Source: an uncultured Pseudomonadota bacterium (GTDB lineage: Bacteria; Pseudomonadota; Alphaproteobacteria; Rs-D84). From it: DNA of 50,013 nucleotides. The DNA is taken from positions 1 through 50,013 of the forward strand of contig CADAHF010000003.1 of the NCBI GenBank assembly GCA_902787665.1, in the 5' to 3' direction. Made by a program: the position numbers and the translations under genes. Position 1 is the first letter of the stretch. Each line of letters opens with the position of its first letter. This document shows positions 7,530 to 16,458 of this stretch, one piece after another. Below the pieces are notes generated by a model that saw nothing but the letters and a program-made list of their open reading frames with translations, was not told the origin of the DNA and did no database searches.

Positions 7530-9098
7530 TCAAAACTTATCGTGATTTTTTACGAATTGTCGCATATATGATGGATCAAAATTCTGCATAATTTCAGACA
7601 ATGAAAATGTGCGTTCATTATTCGTGTTGATTGATAAATCAATTGGTGCTGGTTCTGGTGCTGTACCGCGTAATACTAAATAAAAGTTTGCCGACATTTG
7701 TGCGTCTATGATTTTTAATACACCAGTGCCGTCAACGTGTGGCAGAGATATTGTTAATGGTTCGGTTGTTTCAAAATTCCCATTTTCATAATGTCCAATA
7801 ATATGTAAAGATTTTAATCTTGATTCACCACCATTTAAAGCATCAGATAATGCGTATTCTGCATTTAATATTGTGACGTTTTCGGCAGATGCATAAAAAT
7901 TATCTGTGCCGATACCATATATGTATCCACCAGTAAATGTTAAATCAACATCGCCGTTCAGATTGTATTCAATGTCATGTCCAATGTGACCAGATGTTTT
8001 CATTTTTATATCACCAGTTATATATGTATCACTAATGTTCAACGGCATTGTGTCACGCAATAATTTGCCGTTTGTTTCGAATTTGTTTAATTGTAATGTA
8101 ATATCGTAATTTGAACCGTCACGCGTGATGGTTGCAAGAATGTTACCGTGTGTGTTATCGGTAATTGAAAATGTCTGTGAATTTGGTTTCAAAGAATAAA
8201 CAAAATTATTATATTCGTTACCATCATATATCAATGTATCAGCGGACAGGGATATATCAAACCCCAAATCAAACGGAATCATTATCGGGTGCATTGTTAA
8301 AAAAGACAATTCTTCAAATCGTGCAAGATAATTTGGAGATAAAAATGAATCAAGATTTAGTACGTCTGATTTTAGAGTAATCTTTTTACCTATCGCAGAA
8401 CCAGTAAACACATGATTTGCAACATTGATTGTCAAATCAGAAACAATATCGTCTTTGTGTTCGCCAGATACGGTATATATACCATCGCGTAATACCTGTA
8501 AATCAATGTTTGGAAACCAAGTTTTAAAACTTTTTCCGTAAATATAAAAGAAATTGTTTTGTATCGCCATTTGCCAGGTTTTGTCGTGAGGTGTAAATAC
8601 AACTGTGCCAGATTCCCATTTAAAGTCACCGGTTGCATCACGCATATAGTCAGGTAAAAAAGAATATGTTACGCCCAACCAAGCAAGGTCTTTGTTTTTT
8701 GCAAAACGAAATTCGGGACGTGTTTTGTCACCATTTATTGTCAATATGCCGGCAGCATCATTAAATTCGAAATCAACAGTGCCATGTGTTCCAAATTTTA
8801 ATGCACCTTCGCGAACTGTATTCATATCCGGCATTTTTGTGTTAGATTTGACAGTTATATTAAATTCATCACCGTTTACAGAAAGAGAGCCAGACATATT
8901 TCCACGTGAATATTTAGAACACTGCCATGCATTTGGTGTTCCACTGAACATACACGATGTATTTTTTCCATTCATTGGCATAACAACCATTATATCGTGT
9001 GCGCCGTCTGCATCAATTGTGCCACCGGTGATTGCGATATCATCTGCAATAATTGTGCCGATTTGTAATTTATCATCATTCGAACTTAAGGTTACCAT
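7530..9098 (-). CDS. AsmA-family protein, C-terminal portion (separate ORF or frameshifted continuation of 9076-9963)
   Basis: The long ORF overlaps the upstream AsmA N-terminal ORF in a different frame. The first plausible internal start is the ATG at 9098 (MVTLSSNDDK). The sequence is beta-rich and repetitive, as in AsmA-like envelope proteins. Confidence 0.6.
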   Translation of the reverse strand: MVTLSSNDDKLQIGTIIADDIAITGGTIDADGAHDIMVVMPMNGKNTSCMFSGTPNAWQCSKYSRGNMSGSLSVNGDEFNITVKSNTKMPDMNTVREGALKFGTHGTVDFEFNDAAGILTINGDKTRPEFRFAKNKDLAWLGVTYSFLPDYMRDATGDFKWESGTVVFTPHDKTWQMAIQNNFFYIYGKSFKTWFPNIDLQVLRDGIYTVSGEHKDDIVSDLTINVANHVFTGSAIGKKITLKSDVLNLDSFLSPNYLARFEELSFLTMHPIMIPFDLGFDISLSADTLIYDGNEYNNFVYSLKPNSQTFSITDNTHGNILATITRDGSNYDITLQLNKFETNGKLLRDTMPLNISDTYITGDIKMKTSGHIGHDIEYNLNGDVDLTFTGGYIYGIGTDNFYASAENVTILNAEYALSDALNGGESRLKSLHIIGHYENGNFETTEPLTISLPHVDGTGVLKIIDAQMSANFYLVLRGTAPEPAPIDLSINTNNERTFSLSEIMQNFDPSYMRQFVKNHDKF

Positions 9099-9963
9099 AA
9101 AAATCAATGTCCAGTTTTGTGTTACGCAAGAATTTTCCGGGTTGCGCCAGAAAAGAAAAATCATAATCAATATCATCAGATGCCAATTGTATATCACGAT
9201 GGCCATCTGGATACAGTTTTATATGTCCAGTTACATTGTTTGCAACAATGTTTGTGAAATCAAAACCTGTACCGCCATCCCACGCAAAATCCATAGACAA
9301 TTTGACAGTATCGCGAATTTTTGGTTCTGGAAATTCAAACCATTTGTTCATATCGTTTGTCTGGATAGATATTTGGCCGTTTGCAGACCCATCGGCAAAT
9401 AATTGTCCGACGATTTCCAATTTATTATTTTGGTTGCGGATAATAAATTCATCATTTTGAAAAGTTACATCGTATTTGTGTTGTGGTGTACGAACAATAC
9501 CATTAAACTGCCCATTTTTTAATTCGCCACGGACAATATCATAATCGTGTGATAAAAATTCAACACGTGAATTATATAGCGTTATTTTTGTGTTAAAATC
9601 AAATGCGTTTAAATTTTCTATCTTGAATTTACCGCCATATATTGAAACCGGTCCATCCAGTTTTGCGTTTTCAGGGTTAAATACACTGAACCAGGGAATA
9701 CGGAACATGGCCGAATGAATTGTGCCAAATGGGATTGTGACATCATGTGCGATAATTGTTGCGCGACCAAGCAAACTAAAATTTACATCACCGTTAAATT
9801 CAGCCGTTATACCCGTCTGTGATTTTACAGCAACGGCAAGTTGTGGTTTCATATAATTCAGGGTTATTACAGGTGGCACAAATACCACCGCAACAGCGGC
9901 GGCACAGGCCAAACCAACAAGTGTCCAGCCAATTCTGCGTTTGTATCTGGGCTTGATTGTCAT
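9076..9963 (-). CDS. AsmA-family protein, N-terminal portion
   Basis: N-terminal anchor 'RRIGWTLVGLACAAAVAVVFVPPVITLNYMKPQLAVAVKSQTGITAEFNGDV' matches the AsmA N-terminal pattern: a TM segment, then 'kp.ie..vs..tGr.l.i.Gdl'. Confidence 0.7.
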   Translation of the reverse strand: MTIKPRYKRRIGWTLVGLACAAAVAVVFVPPVITLNYMKPQLAVAVKSQTGITAEFNGDVNFSLLGRATIIAHDVTIPFGTIHSAMFRIPWFSVFNPENAKLDGPVSIYGGKFKIENLNAFDFNTKITLYNSRVEFLSHDYDIVRGELKNGQFNGIVRTPQHKYDVTFQNDEFIIRNQNNKLEIVGQLFADGSANGQISIQTNDMNKWFEFPEPKIRDTVKLSMDFAWDGGTGFDFTNIVANNVTGHIKLYPDGHRDIQLASDDIDYDFSFLAQPGKFLRNTKLDIDFYGNLKFE

Positions 9964-10024
9964 CTCTCCTGTTTCCCTTGTTTTTTCATTATAATGAATT
10001 ATATTGTTGTTTGTGAATAAAAAA

Positions 10025-12016
10025 ATGACTGAAAAAGTATTTAATCTTGAAAGTTCTTATGCCCCAATGGGCGATCAGCCAACCGCAATATCTGAATTGG
10101 TGGCTGGTGTTCGTGATGGCAGGCAATCCCAGGTTTTGCTTGGGGTAACGGGGTCTGGGAAAACTTTCACTATGGCAAATGTGATTGCAGAGCTTGGGCG
10201 ACCAGCATTAATTATGGCACCGAATAAAATTTTGGCGGCACAATTGTATACAGAAATGAAGTCGTTTTTTCCACATAATCATGTGGAATACTTTGTGTCT
10301 TATTATGATTATTATCAGCCCGAAGCATATGTCCCAACAACCGATACATATATCGATAAAGATGCGTCAATTAATGACCAGTTGGACCGTATGCGGCACA
10401 GTGCAACGCGTGCGATGTTGGAAGAACGTGATGTTATTGTTGTTTCTTCGGTGTCGTCTATTTACGGTATGGGGTCGCCAGAAGAATATTCAAGTATGAA
10501 ATTGGCGTTGCATCGTGGTGATAAAATTGGTGTCACTGATGTTACGCGTGCATTGGTTGAAATACAGTATAAAAGAAACGATGTTGCGCCAACACGTGGC
10601 GAATTTCGTGTGCGTGGCGATACACTTGATATATTCCCATCTCATTCGGTTGATAGGGGATGGAAAATATCATTCTTTGGTGATGAAATCGATGAAATAT
10701 GGGAATTTGATACATTAACTGGGGCTAAATTAAATATGCTGGACAGGGTTTCGATATACCCAAATACTCATTACGCAACACCAATGCCAAGCATTGTTAA
10801 TGCAATTGGTGAAATTCGACAAGATTTAGACGATCGGTTGAAATATTTTCATGATAATATGAAATATATCGAAGAACAGCGTCTGCGTGAACGCGTGAAT
10901 TTTGATATTGAAATGATGGAATCAACCGGAACTTGTCGCGGAATTGAAAATTATTCACGTTATTTAACTGGACGCAAACCGGGCGAACCACCACCAACAT
11001 TGTTTGAATATTTGCCACGCGATGCTATTTTATTTATTGATGAAAGCCATGTGACCGTCCCGCAAATTGGTGCTATGTCACGCGGGGATAGGGCGCGTAA
11101 AGAAACACTGTCGCAATATGGTTTTAGACTTCCTGCGTGTGTTGATAATCGTCCATTAACTTTTGAAGAGTGGAACAAATTGCGTCCACAAACTATATTT
11201 GTATCTGCAACACCAGCAGAATGGGAATTAGCACAATCAAATGGTATTGTTTCAGAACAGGTTATTCGGCCAACGGGTTTGCTTGACCCAATTTGTGATG
11301 TTCGCCCCACAGAACACCAAGTTGACGACTTGTTGGATACATTAAAAACAATTTCTGGGCGTGCGCTGGTGACAACGCTTACCAAAAAAATGGCAGAACA
11401 ATTAACCGACTATTTAAACGAAAATGGTGTTCGTGCGCGATATATGCACAGCGATATTGAAACATTGGAACGCATTGATTTGTTGCGCGATTTACGTATG
11501 GGTAAATATGATGTGTTGGTTGGAATCAATTTGCTGCGCGAAGGCTTGGATGTTCCAGAATGCGAATTGGTCGCGATTATGGATGCAGATAAAGAGGGTT
11601 TCTTGCGTTCAACGCGTTCGCTTATACAAACGATTGGACGTGCGGCGCGAAATGCAAACGGTCGTGTGATTTTATATGGCGATGTAATAACTGATTCTAT
11701 GCGTGCGGCGCTTTCTGAAACGGCGCGTCGCCGTGAAAAACAAATGGCATATAATACCGAACACAATATTACGCCGCAGACGATTACCAAGTCAGTATTT
11801 GAAGAAGTTGTTGGTAAAGAAGAAAAAACAGACAAGGCACGTCGTTTTGTATACGATGAATCTGGTGGGGTGATGGATGCAGAAAGTATTCGTGCTGAAA
11901 TTAAAAAGTTAACTAAAAAGATGCACAAAGCCGCCGAAGATTTAGAATTTGAAATTGCTGCGGAATTGCGCGATACTATACACAAATTGGAAGACGATTT
12001 GTTGTTATTGGAGTAA
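10025..12016 (+). CDS. uvrB: Excinuclease ABC subunit B
   Basis: 'GDQPTAI', Walker A '[10 protein letters not shown]', '[10 protein letters not shown]', helicase motifs and a C-terminal UVR motif '[11 protein letters not shown]'. Start placed at MTEKVF. Confidence 0.95.
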   Translation: MTEKVFNLESSYAPMGDQPTAISELVAGVRDGRQSQVLLGVTGSGKTFTMANVIAELGRPALIMAPNKILAAQLYTEMKSFFPHNHVEYFVSYYDYYQPEAYVPTTDTYIDKDASINDQLDRMRHSATRAMLEERDVIVVSSVSSIYGMGSPEEYSSMKLALHRGDKIGVTDVTRALVEIQYKRNDVAPTRGEFRVRGDTLDIFPSHSVDRGWKISFFGDEIDEIWEFDTLTGAKLNMLDRVSIYPNTHYATPMPSIVNAIGEIRQDLDDRLKYFHDNMKYIEEQRLRERVNFDIEMMESTGTCRGIENYSRYLTGRKPGEPPPTLFEYLPRDAILFIDESHVTVPQIGAMSRGDRARKETLSQYGFRLPACVDNRPLTFEEWNKLRPQTIFVSATPAEWELAQSNGIVSEQVIRPTGLLDPICDVRPTEHQVDDLLDTLKTISGRALVTTLTKKMAEQLTDYLNENGVRARYMHSDIETLERIDLLRDLRMGKYDVLVGINLLREGLDVPECELVAIMDADKEGFLRSTRSLIQTIGRAARNANGRVILYGDVITDSMRAALSETARRREKQMAYNTEHNITPQTITKSVFEEVVGKEEKTDKARRFVYDESGGVMDAESIRAEIKKLTKKMHKAAEDLEFEIAAELRDTIHKLEDDLLLLE

Positions 12017-12019
12017 AAA

Positions 12020-12274
12020 ATGATAAATGTTAATGAAGTAAAAGAATTGATTGGTTTGTATAAATCTCAGTTGTATAAAGATTTTTATGCAGTTGATGTT
12101 ATTGTTGAACGCAATGGAATATTGTTCAAAATAAGATGTCCATATAATACTGAATTAAAAGCACAGCAGACAATGAAAGCAATTACAGAAAAACAACAAC
12201 AACATATCGTAGAACCAGATTACAGACCTTATATTTATCTTGTTAAAAGAGAAAGACAAGCAAGGACACGATAA
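12020..12274 (+). CDS. Hypothetical protein (84 aa)
   Basis: A GGAG inside the uvrB 3' end lies 6 nt upstream of the ATG. The stop overlaps the tsaE ATG (TAATG). No family recognised. Confidence 0.5.
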   Translation: MINVNEVKELIGLYKSQLYKDFYAVDVIVERNGILFKIRCPYNTELKAQQTMKAITEKQQQHIVEPDYRPYIYLVKRERQARTR

Positions 12275-12690
12275 TGGAGTATATATTAAACAGCATTGAT
12301 GAAACGCGGGGCTTTGCGCGTGAATTTGCAAAAAAATTGCATGCACCGGTAACGGTGGCGTTGCACGGTGATTTGGGCATGGGAAAAAGTGAAATTGCAC
12401 GCACAATAATTCAAACATTGCGTGGTGAAAACACTGTGGTTCCCAGTCCAACATTTACAATTGTGCAGAATTATGATGGTATTTCGCATTTTGATTTATA
12501 TCGCATAAATGATGTTTCTGAATTAATAGAAATTGGTTTGCCGTATGCAATTGCAAACGATATAACATTAATTGAATGGCCGGATATTGCTAAAGATTTT
12601 CTGCCAAAAAATACGATTCATGTTTATATTACAGAATATGGTTCTGGACGGAAAATAATAATCCCCTTCGCTGGCGAAGGGGTGGCGTGA
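12274..12690 (+). CDS. tsaE: tRNA t6A37 biosynthesis ATPase TsaE
   Basis: P-loop 'GDLGMGKS', 'SPTFTIV', 'HFDLYRI'. The last 8 codons (PFAGEGVA) and the stop are encoded by the left inverted repeat of the DUF559 cassette. Confidence 0.85.
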   Translation: MEYILNSIDETRGFAREFAKKLHAPVTVALHGDLGMGKSEIARTIIQTLRGENTVVPSPTFTIVQNYDGISHFDLYRINDVSELIEIGLPYAIANDITLIEWPDIAKDFLPKNTIHVYITEYGSGRKIIIPFAGEGVA

Positions 12691-13097
12691 ATACGCCGGG
12701 GTAGTGGTTATGAAATTACCACAAAATGAATCTTTACGACCATTGGCACGTGAATTACGAAAGAACTCTACATTGTCAGAAGTGTTGTTGTGGAACCAGT
12801 TAAAAAATCATCAGTTTTTTGATTTAGATTTTGATCGACAAAAAATTATTGGAAATTATATTGTTGATTTTTATTGTCCGCAATTAAAGTTAGTTATAGA
12901 AATTGACGGTGCATCGCATGATAATAAATTAGAATATGATTTGATTCGTGATGAATATTTCAAATCGCTTGGATTGAATGTTATACACTTTCCAGATGGT
13001 GATGTGAAAAATAATATTTCTGTTGTGTTGGAATATATTGGTGGTTTTATTACCACTACCCCGTCACATCCGTGACACCCCTTCGCCAGCGAAGGGG
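12663..13097 (+). mobile_element. Putative miniature cassette: DUF559 endonuclease ORF bounded by 46-nt terminal inverted repeats
   Basis: 12663-12708 and the reverse complement of 13052-13097 share the outer 22 nt and inner 12 nt exactly. The central 12 nt differ but both form a 4-bp stem with a 4-nt loop. The outer 20-mer (CCCCTTCGCTGGCGAAGGGG) is itself a perfect hairpin. Confidence 0.5.
12710..13075 (+). CDS. DUF559 (Vsr-like) endonuclease domain protein
   Basis: 'LARELRKNSTLSEVLLWNQLK', 'YIVDFYCPQLKLVIEIDGASH' and 'RDEYFKSLGLNVIHF' are the canonical DUF559 pattern. Start placed at the ATG at 12710 rather than the GTG at 12704. Confidence 0.85.
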   Translation: MKLPQNESLRPLARELRKNSTLSEVLLWNQLKNHQFFDLDFDRQKIIGNYIVDFYCPQLKLVIEIDGASHDNKLEYDLIRDEYFKSLGLNVIHFPDGDVKNNISVVLEYIGGFITTTPSHP

Positions 13098-13129
13098 ATT
13101 TTTTATGATTACAGAAAAATCATTGTAAA

Positions 13130-13160
13130 ATAAACACCGGCTTTTACCGGTGTTTTTTAT
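13130..13160. terminator. Bidirectional rho-independent terminator
   Basis: ACACCGG (13134-13140) / CCGGTGT (13147-13153), loop CTTTTA, followed by a T-run. It lies between the cassette and the convergent ftsA-rpe ORF. Confidence 0.7.
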
Positions 13161-14929
13161 TGTTTTTTAAGAAGAGATTGGACAGCAACAGGAAAGTCAT
13201 TGCTTCGTGCCAGGTATGAACCAGATACCAATAAATCGGCACCGGCGTCCCAGCACATTTGTGCGTTTTTGTCCGTAATTCCACCGTCAACGGAAATTGT
13301 AAATTTCAAGCCGTATTTTTTACGCGTTGCTGCCAATACTGATATTTTATGTAGACATGCCGGCATAAATTCCTGACCCGCGGCACCGGGGATGACGGTC
13401 ATAACCATAACTTCATCCAATTCACGTAAAATAGGTTTCAATATTGTTGGCGACGCATCTGGGTTAAGCGCAATTCCAGCGCGGCGACCAGATGATTTAA
13501 TAGTGCGAATTGCGTTTTTTACACCTGATGTATTTGTTGAAACGATTACCGTATCAGCACCCGCAGCGATCGCATCAGATGCCCATGCGTTCGGACCTTC
13601 TGTCATTAAATGCACATGCAGGTGCGCCGTTGTGCGTGAACGAATCGCACGAATTTGTTCGATAGAACCGGCGATTTTATTTACATACAGACCATCCATT
13701 ATATCAATATGAATCATTGATATGCCCGCTGCATCAAAAGTGGTGTATGTGGTTGGATTGTTCATGTCAAAACACATACTGCTTGGCAAAATGGGAACAA
13801 AAGTATGTCTTTTTCTTGGTTTGCGATGAAATATTTTTAATATTTTATCAATCCGTTTTGCATTTTTATCATTGCGCGCAATGATTTTTGCCCGTTCCGC
13901 CGCACAAGAATTCCAAACATATTCACCCAATGCACGAACAACGGCATCACTGTGCATACTTTCACATGGTAAACCAAATGTATTTGATACAAAATCTGTA
14001 ACACCGTCTGCATCCGCACAACCGCCGGTAATAATTATTCGTGCTGGTTGATATTTTTCAATTATTGGCAATGCGGCAAGTTTTATGTCTTCGACAATAT
14101 CATGCATATATGGGACAACAATGTCGTTTACATCTGAACGCGAAAAATCAAAGGCTATATCAGCAGGTGTAAATCTGTCCGTTGGTGTTGGAACCATTGT
14201 GAATACCGCACGTTTGATACGGTCCGCGTCAATAAATGGTATATTAAATTTATCAGTAATAGATTGTGTGATGTTTGTTCCGCCCATCGGGGTTTTGTAA
14301 TGCCACAATGGTCCGCGGTCAGACCAAATAGATGCCGTTGTATATTGTGCACCAAAATCAATATACATTGTTATTTCATGTGGTGTATGATATGCGGCAT
14401 TTAATACAAATTGAGAATCATAAAAACCAATTGGTTGAATATGTGCATGGCGCAGATAAGATGCGATTTCTTCCATTGTGCCAACTGTATAAAATATACA
14501 TGCATATGTCGAAAGCAGCTGATTATCAATATGTCCGATTGGCGACAACATATTATGCATATGTGGTGAATCGTATCGCAGTGGGATTATATGCATCGGA
14601 AAAAAGCCGTCCGGGGTCGCGATTTTTGATATTTGGCTTTTTATGTCAGATGCATTTATTTTATGTTCGTTTGACCAGATTGTGCTTTTACCGCTTATCT
14701 TGAAATTAGATTGTCCAAAATTTCCGGTTATGTACGCATAGTCAAAATGTCGTCCAATTTGCGATTCAAGTTCATCAATTACAGATTTAATTGCAACAAC
14801 CGTATCAAAAGATTCAACCGCATGCATTGCAGATTTAACAATTCTGGCGGCGCGCACACGATGTGCAACCCCGTGCACCGCAGACGAACCAATGTCCAGG
14901 CATAAAAAAGCGGAATCGCCAAGGTTCAT
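13157..14929 (-). CDS. ftsA: Fusion protein: FtsA-like actin-fold division ATPase (aa 1-345) plus ribulose-phosphate 3-epimerase domain (aa 378-585)
   Basis: FtsA motifs: 'LDIGSSAVHG', 'IDFGAQYTT', 'MGGTNITQSITDKFNIPFIDADRIKR', 'IIITGGCA'. A basic amphipathic linker 'KRIDKILKIFHRKPRKR' follows. Rpe motifs: 'ILPSSMCFD', 'IHIDIMDG', 'HVHLM', 'MTVIPGAAGQEF', 'SVDGGI'. It is one uninterrupted 590-aa ORF. Confidence 0.8.
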   Translation of the reverse strand: MNLGDSAFLCLDIGSSAVHGVAHRVRAARIVKSAMHAVESFDTVVAIKSVIDELESQIGRHFDYAYITGNFGQSNFKISGKSTIWSNEHKINASDIKSQISKIATPDGFFPMHIIPLRYDSPHMHNMLSPIGHIDNQLLSTYACIFYTVGTMEEIASYLRHAHIQPIGFYDSQFVLNAAYHTPHEITMYIDFGAQYTTASIWSDRGPLWHYKTPMGGTNITQSITDKFNIPFIDADRIKRAVFTMVPTPTDRFTPADIAFDFSRSDVNDIVVPYMHDIVEDIKLAALPIIEKYQPARIIITGGCADADGVTDFVSNTFGLPCESMHSDAVVRALGEYVWNSCAAERAKIIARNDKNAKRIDKILKIFHRKPRKRHTFVPILPSSMCFDMNNPTTYTTFDAAGISMIHIDIMDGLYVNKIAGSIEQIRAIRSRTTAHLHVHLMTEGPNAWASDAIAAGADTVIVSTNTSGVKNAIRTIKSSGRRAGIALNPDASPTILKPILRELDEVMVMTVIPGAAGQEFMPACLHKISVLAATRKKYGLKFTISVDGGITDKNAQMCWDAGADLLVSGSYLARSNDFPVAVQSLLKKQ

Positions 14930-14938
14930 ATTGTTCTT

Positions 14939-15619
14939 CTATTTTACCAATATGCGTGACGGATCGCGCATATCAATTGTTTTTATGTTTTTATCAAGAA
15001 TATGTTGAGTTTCTTTTAATGAATTTAGGCTGCGTATTGCTGCGACAGGTTCGTTTTCTGGTAACATTACGGTGATGCCGCCCGTGGTTATAACATTCCA
15101 ACGGCGATTTTCAATCCATTCAAGATAATTGATATGTTGTGCCAGTGTGTGTGCCGCAGTTGTTATTTCCGATATGTCATTCGGCAATTTTCCACGAAAT
15201 ACAATCGCATCATTATCACGCGCATCAAGTGGTGTTTGAACAATTGTTCCGTCCCCAGAAAGCGGATAATAAGAATCGCCGTCGGTCCATAGTGCGACAG
15301 CATGATATGGCTGGACATATATACGAAGTGTGGCATTTGGCATACGTCTTGTTGCAGAATTTTTGATTCCAGGTACCGCGGCAATACGATGATTCAAAGA
15401 ATCAAGGTTTAGTGAATTCGTTCTTGCCCCCAAGCCGCCAGCAGCAACGGTTTGGACCGCCAACATATCCATGTCAGAATCGTCAGTCGTTATCGTGATA
15501 TTATGAATTGTTGCCAAGCTTCCGTGTCCAAGACCAGTCATAATAATCCTGGTTGCAAAATATACACCCAAAATAATGGCGATAACAAAATATAACCAAA
15601 AGACGATTGTTCGTTTCAT
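14939..15619 (-). CDS. ftsQ: Cell division protein FtsQ (POTRA plus FtsQ domain)
   Basis: N-terminal TM anchor and 'ENRRWNVITTGGITVMLPENEP', typical of FtsQ. It sits immediately upstream of the ftsA-like gene. Confidence 0.7.
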   Translation of the reverse strand: MKRTIVFWLYFVIAIILGVYFATRIIMTGLGHGSLATIHNITITTDDSDMDMLAVQTVAAGGLGARTNSLNLDSLNHRIAAVPGIKNSATRRMPNATLRIYVQPYHAVALWTDGDSYYPLSGDGTIVQTPLDARDNDAIVFRGKLPNDISEITTAAHTLAQHINYLEWIENRRWNVITTGGITVMLPENEPVAAIRSLNSLKETQHILDKNIKTIDMRDPSRILVK

Positions 15620-15657
15620 GGCACAAATTATATCATAAAATCATAAAAATAACAAAA

Positions 15658-16038
15658 TTATTGTGCCCGCAATAAATAACCACGGCGAAACATACACTTA
15701 CGATAATAACCAACAGATTTAGATGTTGTATTGCGTGGTACAGACAATAAGGAACGCTGACCAACATCCTTGTATTCGTTTGATTGGAATGTTACCCACA
15801 GTCCGTCCCAGTCCGGCATCATGGTGCTTTGATTCGGGGCAAGTAGCTTGGCAAGACGTGATCGCGGGGTATAATCTTTTTTTTCTATGCCCAGGCATGC
15901 CTTATGATCGCGAACGAATTGTTCAGTGGTGACAGCCTCATTTTCCCAATTCAATATTGTTGCGTTATCAATATCGCCACTGTTTGCCGAAGCACATGCG
16001 CCAAGAAGCAATAATAATGCAAAAATTTTTATTCTCAT
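15658..16038 (-). CDS. Lipoprotein, hypothetical
   Basis: Signal peptide with lipobox 'LLLLGAC'. No family recognised. Confidence 0.6.
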   Translation of the reverse strand: MRIKIFALLLLLGACASANSGDIDNATILNWENEAVTTEQFVRDHKACLGIEKKDYTPRSRLAKLLAPNQSTMMPDWDGLWVTFQSNEYKDVGQRSLLSVPRNTTSKSVGYYRKCMFRRGYLLRAQ

Positions 16039-16114
16039 GAATCTTATTATAATTTATTTGCGTTATGGGGGCAATAGTTTTTATAATGGTGTATTCAAGG
16101 AAAGGATTTTGCCC

Positions 16115-16441
16115 ATGGCATTAACAATAGACAACTTTATAAAACTGGCAAATTATTATAATCAAACAACAATGATTATGTCGGCTATTTGTGTACAAAA
16201 GGGCGGAATTCCAATGGAAAATTATGTTGGACGTATGTATGCTGCCGATGTTTTAGAATTTATTGCAGATTATGGCCGTCGTCTTAAAGAGGATAAAAAA
16301 ATTACTATTCCAACCGATGTTGCAAACGCGATAGAACGTTTTCATGCAGAGTATGAACGGGTGAAAAGTTTGACAACACCATCACAAAAACCAATTTATG
16401 AAATGAGTTTGGCTGAATTTGAAAAGTTTATGAACATTTGA
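16115..16441 (+). CDS. Hypothetical protein (108 aa)
   Basis: Start moved to the ATG at 16115 (MALTIDNF), preceded by AAGGAAAGGA. The track start at 15926 overlaps the divergent lipoprotein gene. It is the first gene of a tightly packed plus-strand cluster. Confidence 0.5.
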   Translation: MALTIDNFIKLANYYNQTTMIMSAICVQKGGIPMENYVGRMYAADVLEFIADYGRRLKEDKKITIPTDVANAIERFHAEYERVKSLTTPSQKPIYEMSLAEFEKFMNI

Positions 16442-16458
16442 AACAAAAAGGAAAGCTT

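Noticed and set aside
8692-9402. 236-aa plus-strand ORF inside the AsmA-like locus
   Set aside because: It is antisense to the AsmA-family coding sequence, which has a clear family signature. The translation is low-complexity with no motif.
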